A stretch of 64,000 nucleotides of DNA, taken from sequence record NC_061448.1. One strand, given 5' to 3'. A model generated the notes under the pieces. It was not told the origin of the DNA and searched no databases. It was given only the letters and a program-made list of their open reading frames with translations. Numbering within the stretch: position 1 is the first letter of the stretch; each line of letters opens with the position of its first letter. Below are positions 43,742 to 53,043 of this stretch, piece after piece. The position numbers were made by a program, and so were the translations under genes.

Positions 43742-44839
43742 TTATCCACGGACCGCTTTTGCGACAGAACGCACGTTCGCCAGAGTGAAGGAGAAGGTGC
43801 TAGACAGCAACCAACCGCGGTCGGTGTTGCCCTGGTTCGCGCCGGAAGTCGGGGTAGACTGGGTGCCGCCACGAGTGGTGTACACTGCGTGGTAGTCCTG
43901 GTCTGCCAGAACGTACAGTTCGCCGTCTTGCAGAACGCGGTGCTCTGGAGCGCGGAAGCCGTCAGTTACCAGTTCCAGACCCAGCAGAGTACCCAGACGA
44001 CCAGTAGTGATCAGGTCGTATTTGCTTACCGGGTCCAGAGCAGAGGAGAACTGATCGTTACCAACGATATCGTTCCAGTAGTCCTGCGCCATCACAGCGG
44101 TGCTAACAGGCAGCGGCCATGAAGACACAGAATTTTTCAGAGTAGACAGCAGACGCGGAGTCAGGTCACCGTGAACCCAGGTGATAGGGTTAGCGATGCC
44201 AACAGCCTGATCACAAGCACGTTTCCACAGACGGTCTTCTGCAACCATGATAGAAGACAGGCCGTCTTGCTGTGCACGGTCCAGCAGGTCACCGTTGATC
44301 TGATCCAGATCCATTTTGCTGACGCGGATGTTGGATTTCAGTTCAAACTCAGCAGGCGTGAACACACGACCGCGGAACTGGCGGTAACCGTAGTCGGTAG
44401 GACCGGTTGCCATGATCGCTTCTGCCTGGTGGATTTTCAGTTCGATACGAGCGATATCGCCTTGACGAACAGTAGCGCCTTTACACACTTTGCGCAGCAG
44501 GCCAGCACGTTCAGCACGGTCTTCGATAGATGCAACGATAGATGCACCCAGGGAAGCCCACTTCTCACCGCTGCTATCAGCAACAGCTTCTTGGAACAGC
44601 TCGATTTTCTCAGCTTCTGACAGCGGGTTCGCAGCAGAGGTAGAGTGAACCAGTTCGCCGGTCTGGAAGCTGGACATCAGCTTGCTGATTTGACCCAGCA
44701 GATCTTTTTGCGAGTAGGCGTTGATTTCGCCGGTGCTTTCGCTCAGTGCCAGATCGCCTTTCCCGCCAAAACGCAGGTCTTCAATAGGCGCGCCGTTACG
44801 CAGAGTTACTTTAGCGCCGCGCATTAAGGAATTGTTCAT
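43742..44839 (-). CDS. Major capsid protein (365 aa)
   Basis: Position after scaffold and decoration genes; HK97-like pattern (RKVC....V.QG, EDRLW, MAQDYWNDI, GRLGTLLGLELVTD); strong RBS; codon usage looks highly expressed by eye. Confidence 0.85.
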   Translation of the reverse strand: MNNSLMRGAKVTLRNGAPIEDLRFGGKGDLALSESTGEINAYSQKDLLGQISKLMSSFQTGELVHSTSAANPLSEAEKIELFQEAVADSSGEKWASLGASIVASIEDRAERAGLLRKVCKGATVRQGDIARIELKIHQAEAIMATGPTDYGYRQFRGRVFTPAEFELKSNIRVSKMDLDQINGDLLDRAQQDGLSSIMVAEDRLWKRACDQAVGIANPITWVHGDLTPRLLSTLKNSVSSWPLPVSTAVMAQDYWNDIVGNDQFSSALDPVSKYDLITTGRLGTLLGLELVTDGFRAPEHRVLQDGELYVLADQDYHAVYTTRGGTQSTPTSGANQGNTDRGWLLSSTFSFTLANVRSVAKAVRG

Positions 44840-44898
44840 TAGTTGCTCCTGAGAATAATCTCGTAAGTTTCAGTTCAAACAGTTACGGTGCGCGACGA

Positions 44899-45621
44899 TT
44901 AGGCGCCGTAAGAGGAAGACATTTCGATGATCAGGTAACCACGTTCAGTGGTAGGTGCCTGTTTGATCACGCAGCCTTTAAGCACAGTACCGGTTCCGCC
45001 GATAGTCAGCAGACCGTTCGGGCCGAGAGTTGGGTGAATCACGTTGTCAGCAGACCAGTCAGCAGTCGGGTCAAACATAGAGGTAGCGATGTTACCCAGT
45101 TTGATGTAACCACAACGGCCTTCAACGTTAGAAGCCAGGCCACCGATAGGAGCATCAGCAGTGTAAGAACGCGCTTCGGTCACAGACAGTTCGTAAGCAT
45201 ACTGGATGCGAACTTTCTTGCCAATGTCGTCAGCGTGGAAGAACAGGTCTGCACCCTGCACACCGACTGCGCCAGCTTCGGAAGGAGCTGCGTTAGCTTC
45301 CTGATCCGCTTTAACGCCGTCGATTTTAACCAGCAGTGCGCCAGCGTCAGGAACGCGGGAAGCAGTGAATTTTTTGGTCGCGTCGATAACGAACTCTTCA
45401 ACACGGTTCATGTGCGCAGGCGGCATAGAGCGAGCCAGGGCGAAACCGGCGAATACTTCGTTAGCAGCACCAGTAGACAGACGCAGGAAAGAGTGACCGC
45501 CTTCGCGAGCCCAAACCAGTGCGACGCCTTCTTCGTGGATTACTTCGCCCGGCAGCAGGTCAGCTTCCTGGGTCTGTACGATATCGGTAGCGTTTTGAAA
45601 CAACATAATCAGTTTCTCCAA
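44899..45621 (-). CDS. Head structural / decoration protein (240 aa)
   Basis: Between scaffold and MCP; codon usage similar to MCP by eye. Confidence 0.55.
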   Translation of the reverse strand: MEKLIMLFQNATDIVQTQEADLLPGEVIHEEGVALVWAREGGHSFLRLSTGAANEVFAGFALARSMPPAHMNRVEEFVIDATKKFTASRVPDAGALLVKIDGVKADQEANAAPSEAGAVGVQGADLFFHADDIGKKVRIQYAYELSVTEARSYTADAPIGGLASNVEGRCGYIKLGNIATSMFDPTADWSADNVIHPTLGPNGLLTIGGTGTVLKGCVIKQAPTTERGYLIIEMSSSYGA

Positions 45622-45658
45622 TAAGAGAGATTAGGAATTAAACTGTCACAGGCCGCAA

Positions 45659-47695
45659 TTACATGCGGCGCAGGCGAGCAAGTTTATCTTCATACGAGGA
45701 GCCAGTGGAAGCTGAACTCTGGGATTCAACAGTGTCGTTACCCTGAGTAAGCAGTTCAGCAGCGGATGCCGGAGCTTTAGGCTGCGCGGTTACAACCTGC
45801 TGTTGAACAACCGATGCGCGTTCAGCACTCACGGTGCCGGCTGCTGCGTCGATTGACTCAGAGATTTCGTTCTGGGCGACTTCGGACTTGCTCATGAGGT
45901 CCATCGCTTTTGACAGCGAAGTAGTCAGGAAGTCTTTGCCGTGTGCAATGAACGCACGTTCAACCAGAGCGCGAGGCTCTTTGATGCCAGCAGCAGACAG
46001 AGAGTTGCACAGGCTATCAACGATTGGGTTGCGTACATCGCCCCAGAAGTTTTTCGTAACACCCAGCTGGGATGCAGACAGGGCAGCGACGAAGCGTTCA
46101 GTATAAGCTGAGGTTGCTTCTTCGATAGTGCCTGTAACGTTCGCGGTAGCTTCGCTAACACGAGCGTCAGACTGCGCAGCCAGAAGTTTTTCGACAGGCA
46201 TTTCGATCTGATACGGCATAAAGCCGAATGCTTCACAAGTACCAGTCACACCAGTCTGATTCAGAGAGTGTGATACTGCACGAATGAAATTATCAGTTGC
46301 GAAGGATTTCACCGCATTTTCTTCGCCAACTGCATTAGATACAGAAGCGAGAGTAGCGCGAGCAATCGGGTGACCGTCGTAATACATGTGAACGGTTTCC
46401 AGCTTGCCAGTTGCGCGGCTCAGAGCTACCAGAGCAGGGTCCAGTGTGCCGTGTTGAGCTTGCGCGGTAGACAGGCTGTCGAAGGTGCGAGAGACAACGC
46501 CGCTTTCAGAATCAATGTCGTCCTCGTCATCGAGGTCGAGATCGTCTTCTTCCAGATCTTCTTCGTCGTCGAACTCGTCGTCTTCGTCAGAGCTGGATTC
46601 AGAGTCGATATCCTCTTCATCGTCCAGGTCTTCGTCATCGAGATCTTCTTCGTCGAAGTCTTCGTCGTCTTCCTCGTCGTCGCCGGAAGCGGATTCAGAA
46701 TCGAAGTCTTCGTCTTCGTCATCTTCTTCCAGATCTTCCAGGTCTTCGTCGTCCAGATCATCTTCATCCAGATCTTCGTCGTCGAGGTCGTCTTCGTCGT
46801 CAATGTCATCATCTTCATCGTCGTTGGACGATTCAGAATCGAAGTCTTCGTCCTCGTCGTCCGAATCATCTTCGTCGTCGAGGTCGTCTTCTTCAATGAT
46901 GTCAATGTCGCTATCGTCGTCGCCGGACTGAGATTCAATCGGCTCGTCGACCAGAGCGGCAGAACAGTGCGCACAGAACACAGGCTCTTCATCAGAGCTT
47001 ACAGTGAACGGCTGGTCGCAGTTAGCGGAGCAGCTATACATGTGCGCTTCGACTTCACCGTCAGCAGAGGACAGCGCGGCCAGAGCTTCTGGAGCTTCCT
47101 GCGCTTCGCAATTCTCTACAGCTTGACCGGTGTACGGGTCGAAGTTTACGGCAGTAGCAGCGTTGAAGCTACCAGTACCAGACAGCGCGGTGAACGCGTG
47201 TGCGTTGCTCAGTGCCAGAGCGAAGTTGCGTTGAGCAGCTTCGGCAGTTTCACCAGTAGCAACCAGACCGGCGTGTTCAATCTGTTCGTCAGCAGAAGCG
47301 GATTCGGCCAGGAACTGAGTTACGCGGTCGTCAGTGATTTCTGACAGGTCAGCAGAGCACGATGGGCAGCAGCCCTGAACCAGTGCAGCAGAGTCAGAGA
47401 TAACGTGGCTACCACAACCATCAAGACAGATGGTGTAATGAGCTTTCACGTCACCGGCAGCAGACTGCGACTGGACTTCGGCGCGCTCAACCAAATCAGG
47501 ATGCTCTTCCAGCAGTTCTTCACCGCCTTTCGGATTGTAGAGGTCTGTGCCACTTTGCGAAGCAAAGCCTACACCATCAGAGGACCCGAAAATCATCAGG
47601 TTCTGACCGGTTGCAGTGCGGCGAAAGTTCTCTACTGCCTGATTATGGTTTTGACCGACACACAGGATACCCGCGAGTTGGGTAATCTTTGGCAT
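45659..47695 (-). CDS. Prohead scaffold-like protein with Zn-binding motifs and a long acidic tract (678 aa; start revised to MPKIT)
   Basis: CLDGC/CPSC and CSANC/CAHC pairs; D/E tract; repeated S-[EQ]-S; position upstream of MCP. Confidence 0.65.
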   Translation of the reverse strand: MPKITQLAGILCVGQNHNQAVENFRRTATGQNLMIFGSSDGVGFASQSGTDLYNPKGGEELLEEHPDLVERAEVQSQSAAGDVKAHYTICLDGCGSHVISDSAALVQGCCPSCSADLSEITDDRVTQFLAESASADEQIEHAGLVATGETAEAAQRNFALALSNAHAFTALSGTGSFNAATAVNFDPYTGQAVENCEAQEAPEALAALSSADGEVEAHMYSCSANCDQPFTVSSDEEPVFCAHCSAALVDEPIESQSGDDDSDIDIIEEDDLDDEDDSDDEDEDFDSESSNDDEDDDIDDEDDLDDEDLDEDDLDDEDLEDLEEDDEDEDFDSESASGDDEEDDEDFDEEDLDDEDLDDEEDIDSESSSDEDDEFDDEEDLEEDDLDLDDEDDIDSESGVVSRTFDSLSTAQAQHGTLDPALVALSRATGKLETVHMYYDGHPIARATLASVSNAVGEENAVKSFATDNFIRAVSHSLNQTGVTGTCEAFGFMPYQIEMPVEKLLAAQSDARVSEATANVTGTIEEATSAYTERFVAALSASQLGVTKNFWGDVRNPIVDSLCNSLSAAGIKEPRALVERAFIAHGKDFLTTSLSKAMDLMSKSEVAQNEISESIDAAAGTVSAERASVVQQQVVTAQPKAPASAAELLTQGNDTVESQSSASTGSSYEDKLARLRRM
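46500..46930 (-). repeat. Low-complexity Asp/Glu-coding tract with four (F/I)DSES units
   Basis: Plus strand tcgtc/tcttc trinucleotide-like repeats; FDSESS, FDSESA, IDSESS, IDSESG. Confidence 0.85.
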
Positions 47696-47740
47696 GGTTA
47701 AAACCCTCATAGAATTTATAGTCGTTGAATCGACAGGTTG

Positions 47741-47748
47741 AAATTAAC
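47741..47748 (-). promoter_or_regulatory. Variant candidate late promoter GTTAATTT
   Basis: One mismatch to GCTAATTT; 46 nt upstream of the revised scaffold start. Confidence 0.45.
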
Positions 47749-47773
47749 GATTGCAGAAAAAATTCAGGTATTT

Positions 47774-48907
47774 TTAAATTTTTCTGCTATCAATGTCAGT
47801 TTGTGGAATATATCTGTTTTCGAAGTATTTCGCTACTACCTCGACGCCGTTTAGCGTATAAACGTTGCGTAAGCTATATCCCCAAACCATCAGTTCGGCA
47901 AGCGTTGCGAAGTGCTCTGCGGGTACTGATTTAATGGTCAACGCGTTCATAGAATCCGGGTGGATTTTCTTACCGCGAATGGCCTGTTCGAACTTCATAC
48001 GGTCTACGTTACGCAGCATCGTATGGTCCACAAAGTGGGCTAATTCGTGCGTAATAACGTGTGCCATACTCAGGCTATTATAACCGCCAAGTAACTGTAC
48101 TAACTGCGCTGGATGGATTGAAATAGCACCATACAGGAAGCCGTGTACGCGATACGTTGCGATGTGACTACCACCACTATCCGAGTTAGCTTTTAACAGG
48201 CCAACATACAGACGTTTAAATGGCAGTTCAAAGTTCAGGCCGATGCCCGGCATAACGTTTTCCTGAATGTCTTTGAGCACATAATCAGGAGGGCTAATAC
48301 CGTTCTTTTCAAGCGTGACGCCCGGAACACGCAAATCATCCATGCCCAGTATTTCGAGATGCACACGACCACACTTAGGAACAGGCTTGGTGGCGTAGTT
48401 ATTAGGCGTACCACCCGGATAGATTGCTGAGGCATACTGCAATGGTTTGAAATTACCAAAATCAGGCATATCCATTAAACGACGCTGTGCCGCTTTCATC
48501 GAGTCAGGCGTGTCTTCCCCAGGACGATCATCGTTGCCAGTTGCTATAGGCGCAGGCTTAGACTCAGGCTCCGGTTCTTTCTCAAGTTTAACAGGCTTGG
48601 GTTCTGGTGCTGGTGGCGCAGGCTTCTTCTGCTTCTCCTCGTAAGGAGTGAAGTCGAAGTCAGGCTTAAAGAGAGCGTCAGGTTTCGCAGTGAATGGGCG
48701 ACTGTTCTGAACGAGCTTGTCACCGTCTTCTCCACTGATTGCATATGCCTGATCGTATTTAGGATGGGCTATGTAGTACAGGTCGTCGCTTACTTTGAGA
48801 AGGCCAATGACCTCGCGCGATTCCATATGGACACCGTTTGAGATCATTGCCGCTTGACCCAGATAGCGATAGTACGTGTAGTCCCCTATAGCTAAACCTT
48901 CTGGCAT
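47774..48907 (-). CDS. Zincin-like metallopeptidase (HExxH) with shared N-terminal domain (377 aa; start revised to MPEGL)
   Basis: VITHELAHFVDH and EHFATLAE; TGATG coupling to the protease stop. Confidence 0.7.
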   Translation of the reverse strand: MPEGLAIGDYTYYRYLGQAAMISNGVHMESREVIGLLKVSDDLYYIAHPKYDQAYAISGEDGDKLVQNSRPFTAKPDALFKPDFDFTPYEEKQKKPAPPAPEPKPVKLEKEPEPESKPAPIATGNDDRPGEDTPDSMKAAQRRLMDMPDFGNFKPLQYASAIYPGGTPNNYATKPVPKCGRVHLEILGMDDLRVPGVTLEKNGISPPDYVLKDIQENVMPGIGLNFELPFKRLYVGLLKANSDSGGSHIATYRVHGFLYGAISIHPAQLVQLLGGYNSLSMAHVITHELAHFVDHTMLRNVDRMKFEQAIRGKKIHPDSMNALTIKSVPAEHFATLAELMVWGYSLRNVYTLNGVEVVAKYFENRYIPQTDIDSRKI

Positions 48908-49686
48908 CAGGCCATCCTTAACAGATGTTCTTTGTAAGTTGCAGCACACGCGAACGCTGGGTCATCTACGCTACTGCACTCGAAGCCGGTAAGCATCTTG
49001 CAGTCACGGTACACCAGACGGCCTGTACGCGCATCGAGGAACGTTGGTTTGTTGAACGCTGTGTGCGAACAGAAGTTACGCATCTTAGGCGTTACCAACT
49101 GACCACAGATACTGCATTTATACGCACGGTACGTTGTGCCTTTGCTGTACGTGTTCAGTTCACCACTCAGGATTCGGTCGCAGCGCTCTTTACAACGCGT
49201 ACGGTCGAATGCAAGCAGCAGAGTAAGACGCGCGTGATCGCCACGGAAGTTCTTGAGCTTGGACAGATTGCTGTCGAAGATCATACCCATAGCCTGACGG
49301 TAGTCTTTGTTGTTGTGCTCGATGAACGTCGGCTTACCAATGAACGTCTGATAAGCAAGACGGCCTTGGTCAGGGTTGAACGTTAACCACTCTTGCAGAC
49401 TAAACGCATCACCGTTAGTGTTCGGCAGTTCAGTGATGTTCACCGGAACCGGAACGATGATATAGTCGCGGATATCGCGTGACGTGTTGTACTGCTCGGC
49501 TGCTTTAGGCAACCACACGTTCACGTCAAGGTTAAAGGAGCCTGTCTGAATACCGAAGCGAGAAGCATCCACACGAATAGATTTAGCTGTACGGCTAACA
49601 TCTTCCTTGTGCATGTCAATCGCGTTCAATCCGACGAGGCCCATGTCTGACGTATCAAACGATTCAGACTTTACTGACTGGGTCAT
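48907..49686 (-). CDS. Prohead (capsid maturation) protease, HK97/assemblin-like fold with Zn ribbon (259 aa; start revised to MTQSV)
   Basis: NTNGDAF, TFIGKPTFIEHN, YSKG...YKCSICG..C.H, FECSSVDDPAF; GGGAG RBS. Confidence 0.75.
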   Translation of the reverse strand: MTQSVKSESFDTSDMGLVGLNAIDMHKEDVSRTAKSIRVDASRFGIQTGSFNLDVNVWLPKAAEQYNTSRDIRDYIIVPVPVNITELPNTNGDAFSLQEWLTFNPDQGRLAYQTFIGKPTFIEHNNKDYRQAMGMIFDSNLSKLKNFRGDHARLTLLLAFDRTRCKERCDRILSGELNTYSKGTTYRAYKCSICGQLVTPKMRNFCSHTAFNKPTFLDARTGRLVYRDCKMLTGFECSSVDDPAFACAATYKEHLLRMA

Positions 49687-49696
49687 CGTGTTCTCC

Positions 49697-50119
49697 CTAC
49701 TGGAAATTGTTGATGTTATCTGGGCCTGCATTAGCAAGACGCACACAACCTTCTTCGACTTGGAAGGAGTTGAGTCCGTCCATAGTGCTCAGCCAATAAC
49801 GTAAGCGTCCATCTGAAATTACTGCATTTTCAACATATGCAGGAACTTCTTTACCACTATCTTTCAACGTGGCAATGACTTCGACGCCTGGGTAGAACAC
49901 GTCAAAGGACTTCGTACTGAATATCGGTTTAACGATATCGGACTCGGACACTGGGTGCTGTGCGTAGCGACTCTCAATCATATAGATAGCTTCATCTTTA
50001 TTGATCAGAATCGAATTGATTGTGCCACGCAACTTGCACCGTATGCCTGACTCGATAGTACGTCCGTGATAGAACGTAACAATGTCACCGATGTTGTACG
50101 CAAAGATGAATTGCGCCAT
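49697..50119 (-). CDS. Hypothetical protein with two SH3/KOW-like repeats (140 aa)
   Basis: YNIGDIVTF...GTINSI and FYPGVEVIA...AYVEN repeats; GAGG RBS. Confidence 0.6.
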   Translation of the reverse strand: MAQFIFAYNIGDIVTFYHGRTIESGIRCKLRGTINSILINKDEAIYMIESRYAQHPVSESDIVKPIFSTKSFDVFYPGVEVIATLKDSGKEVPAYVENAVISDGRLRYWLSTMDGLNSFQVEEGCVRLANAGPDNINNFQ

Positions 50120-50120
50120 G

Positions 50121-50999
50121 TTAACCTCGCAATGCACCACGCGCCCATGACTTAGCGAGGGCCAGAGTCATACGAGCAGGGTTGTGCAACTTGACTTCAC
50201 CTTTATGAACAGCAGTGAATGGTTCATGCGCGTTCTCACTGCGACCAGAGCGATAGGCAGCTTCGTTGAAACCATCGAACAGAGTAACTACCCAGCCCGT
50301 AGATTTCTCAGAGCATTCGCCACACGCTTTATCCCACGCAATCTTACCGCACACACGACCACCAGCATTAACTGCGTAGCTGATTTGCTCAGTGCCTTTA
50401 TAAATGTCAGGGGACTTGATGGTCTTGAACGTAACACGCGATGCAGACTCAGAGCGAGGAACCATCTTCTCTTTCAGGGCTTCAACATCCAGTGAAGACC
50501 AGAACGATTCAAACAGCGCTGCAAACTTTTGTTCGACAGGCAGATTGATTGCATTGATTTGCGCGATAGTGCTGGAGCTATCGTTGAGTACTCGGTTGAT
50601 GAAGTACCCGCCGATAATCACAGGCATCTGTGTGACCTGTGCGCCAGTAGTCAGTCCAGCTTTCTTACAGTAGATTTCAGACAGACCGATAGCAAGACGC
50701 GCAAGAGTCATGAACGTTTGCTTCTCGGTCGAGTTAGCGATCTCCGTGTAGATACGCGCAGCGATTGCAGGGACGACAGTACGCTTTGCCACACTCAGAA
50801 TATCTTCCGGTGTGATTGACTGACCGAGCTTCTTACGCGCGGCCAGTTCGAAGGCGTTAATCAGGCTTGCTTTGTTCGCTGGCGTCAACGACTCCCCTAA
50901 CTTGATAGTCGTCTGCTCGGAGCTGCTCACTATGCTCGGAGCTGGAGCTGTCTTGAGTCTCTTCACCCCCGACGTTGACTTCATTCGCTGTACTGTCAT
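50121..50999 (-). CDS. Hypothetical protein (292 aa; start revised to MTVQR), probable head-associated
   Basis: AGGA RBS before ATG 50999; RSESAS motif. Confidence 0.65.
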   Translation of the reverse strand: MTVQRMKSTSGVKRLKTAPAPSIVSSSEQTTIKLGESLTPANKASLINAFELAARKKLGQSITPEDILSVAKRTVVPAIAARIYTEIANSTEKQTFMTLARLAIGLSEIYCKKAGLTTGAQVTQMPVIIGGYFINRVLNDSSSTIAQINAINLPVEQKFAALFESFWSSLDVEALKEKMVPRSESASRVTFKTIKSPDIYKGTEQISYAVNAGGRVCGKIAWDKACGECSEKSTGWVVTLFDGFNEAAYRSGRSENAHEPFTAVHKGEVKLHNPARMTLALAKSWARGALRG

Positions 51000-52104
51000 T
51001 TGTTTGTTCCTGAGTAACAGGCTGCATGTGTTGCAACAGCCCAGAGTTCTGAATTGCCTCATTCAAATCTTCACCACGATGAATGGTGAGTTGAGCGAGG
51101 TAGTTGAGAGCAGGTTCAACCATACCGAGATTACGACAGCCCCAATAAGCTGTTTCGTAACATAGGTCTAAATTAATAGAGGTCTGGTCAAACAAGAAAC
51201 TTTTTGGATTCTGCTTGGCCGCGTCAATACCCTGAATAGCCATGCCGGTAGCATTAATCATATCGTCATGACGATAGAAGATGTCGGCGAGCATCCCATA
51301 GCACTCAATGCGATCAGGGCGGAACGCTATCGCACGATAACAGGCTGCGATAGATTCCTGAGTGAACCCCTGCTTGAATGTCGCTTTCGCCAGCTCGATG
51401 TTAGCGAGTGCAACGTAGTCAGCCCACTTCGCAATACCAGCAAGGCGATCTACTTCACGACGAGCATCATCCAGCAGGTCAGCACGTTCGTGATAGCTCA
51501 CAGCATAGCAGAGTTCACGCGCATAGTAGAAGCTGCAACGATCATCGTGCGGGTAATCACCCACGTCCTTACCAAGCTCAAGCAGATAACCGCGAGGCTT
51601 TGTGTGGTCAGGGTAATGGTCAGTTGCAAACGTTGCGTCTACAGTACGCAGTTGCTGGCCAGGCTTACGAGAAGACAGGACTTCATGCGCACGATACTTC
51701 CAGAAGTAAGAGCGACGACGATACGCTTTCATCTGCTGGTAGTGACTGTCACCGTTGCGCATCAGAATCCAAACTGCTTCGGCGTGCTTAATGTGTTTCG
51801 TACCGCGTAACGTTTCAACCCAGTTAGGGTCATCGAAGCGTTCATCAATATCGAGCCACACAACGAGGTCGTCCTCGGAGAACGGCGTAGCGGCCAGCTC
51901 ACGACTTGCGCCCAGATTACGTTCTTCTGATACGTCGAACATGTGATACAGGTTAGGGTGCGTGAACGCCGAGATGATGTTCGTGGTCTGGTCTTCGCTG
52001 CCAGTGTCAACGATACTAATCGCATCAGCGCCAGCAACATGCTTCAACCACTCACCGATATTCTTTTCTTCATTACGGTAGATAGCCGCTACGCAGATTC
52101 TCAT
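50857..52104 (-). CDS. Glycosyltransferase family 2 with C-terminal TPR-like repeats (415 aa)
   Basis: ICVAAIYRNEE...IVDTGSEDQT, DXD motif WLDIDE, RAHE, TPR-like FYYAREL and AIAFRPDRIECY. Confidence 0.88.
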   Translation of the reverse strand: MRICVAAIYRNEEKNIGEWLKHVAGADAISIVDTGSEDQTTNIISAFTHPNLYHMFDVSEERNLGASRELAATPFSEDDLVVWLDIDERFDDPNWVETLRGTKHIKHAEAVWILMRNGDSHYQQMKAYRRRSYFWKYRAHEVLSSRKPGQQLRTVDATFATDHYPDHTKPRGYLLELGKDVGDYPHDDRCSFYYARELCYAVSYHERADLLDDARREVDRLAGIAKWADYVALANIELAKATFKQGFTQESIAACYRAIAFRPDRIECYGMLADIFYRHDDMINATGMAIQGIDAAKQNPKSFLFDQTSINLDLCYETAYWGCRNLGMVEPALNYLAQLTIHRGEDLNEAIQNSGLLQHMQPVTQEQTNDSTANEVNVGGEETQDSSSSEHSEQLRADDYQVRGVVDASEQSKPD

Positions 52105-52119
52105 ACATGCCTCATTTGG

Positions 52120-53043
52120 TTATACTAAAATGTTACCGCTATCCCACCACTGCTTGCCATAAATATCAGACAGGCGGTATTCAAGGATAAGAGGTTGGGT
52201 CAGGTCGACTTGTCGCATATACTGCTGCGTGTACGGGTTCCACACTGTTCTTTCCTCAGTGTAGAGTCGTATCTGGATTTCAATGTCGCCCTGAGAGTTC
52301 TTCGGTACGAACGGATGGGAATAGTTACCATCAAAGCCTGCACCGAGAGAGTCATCAAAGTAAGTGTACGCACGAATCTCTTCCGCAGTAGTGATTATTG
52401 TAGGTGCGTACACACGATGGTTGTAGTACGAGGTGTAGTCAGCAACGGTTGATTGCATGACAGTACGACGCTTGAAGATTCGCGTCACACCCTGAGCGTC
52501 AGTCTCAGCACGATACTGGTTGTAGTACCAAGTAAGCTCTGCGAACTTGACAGGCTTCAATTGCTCTTGGCCTGTAGCGTACTTCATGAACGGCTTCGCA
52601 GTGAAACGGTGATACGTCTTCTGCGTGTTCAGTCTGTACACCAACATCTGATACGTGTACCACTGATAAACATCAAGGGTAATCGTACCGCTGTCGGATT
52701 GCTGTGTACCGTTAGTCAGGATGTAAGCGAAACAGTCAGCGCCAACATAACCGCTTCGAGGACTGTAGATAAACGCATCGTTGAAGTTGTTCAATCGCAC
52801 AGTGCCTACCATCGGGTCATTGACCTTAATAGCAGAAAGGCGCCAACCCCTTTGAGCTGGCACCTTATCAAGCACACCCTCAGTTGGGCTATGCAATGTC
52901 ACTTCGTCACGAGCGCCTTGTAAGATCTTTTCGAGCGTTATCTCAGTTTCACCTGAGTTACGCACTCGCACAGTCAGGTTCGGAGCCAGCGGTTTGTAGT
53001 TACGCCAGTAATCGAACGTACAAGGCAAAGAGAGCATAATCAC
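52120..53043 (-). CDS. Virion protein with bacterial Ig-like (Big_9/cadherin-like) domain (307 aa)
   Basis: GTV.L.....FIYSPRSGYVGADCFAYILTNG...SDSGTITLDV. Confidence 0.7.
   Translation of the reverse strand: MIMLSLPCTFDYWRNYKPLAPNLTVRVRNSGETEITLEKILQGARDEVTLHSPTEGVLDKVPAQRGWRLSAIKVNDPMVGTVRLNNFNDAFIYSPRSGYVGADCFAYILTNGTQQSDSGTITLDVYQWYTYQMLVYRLNTQKTYHRFTAKPFMKYATGQEQLKPVKFAELTWYYNQYRAETDAQGVTRIFKRRTVMQSTVADYTSYYNHRVYAPTIITTAEEIRAYTYFDDSLGAGFDGNYSHPFVPKNSQGDIEIQIRLYTEERTVWNPYTQQYMRQVDLTQPLILEYRLSDIYGKQWWDSGNILV

Noticed and set aside
46485-46931. Poly-Ser ORFs on the plus strand (also 55342..55968)
   Set aside because: They are antisense readings of Asp/Glu codon tracts.
47753-47787. Inverted repeat GCAGAAAAA/TTTTTCTGC at the zincin stop
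   Set aside because: A/T-rich arms, a long loop and no U-tract; not supportable as a terminator or operator.
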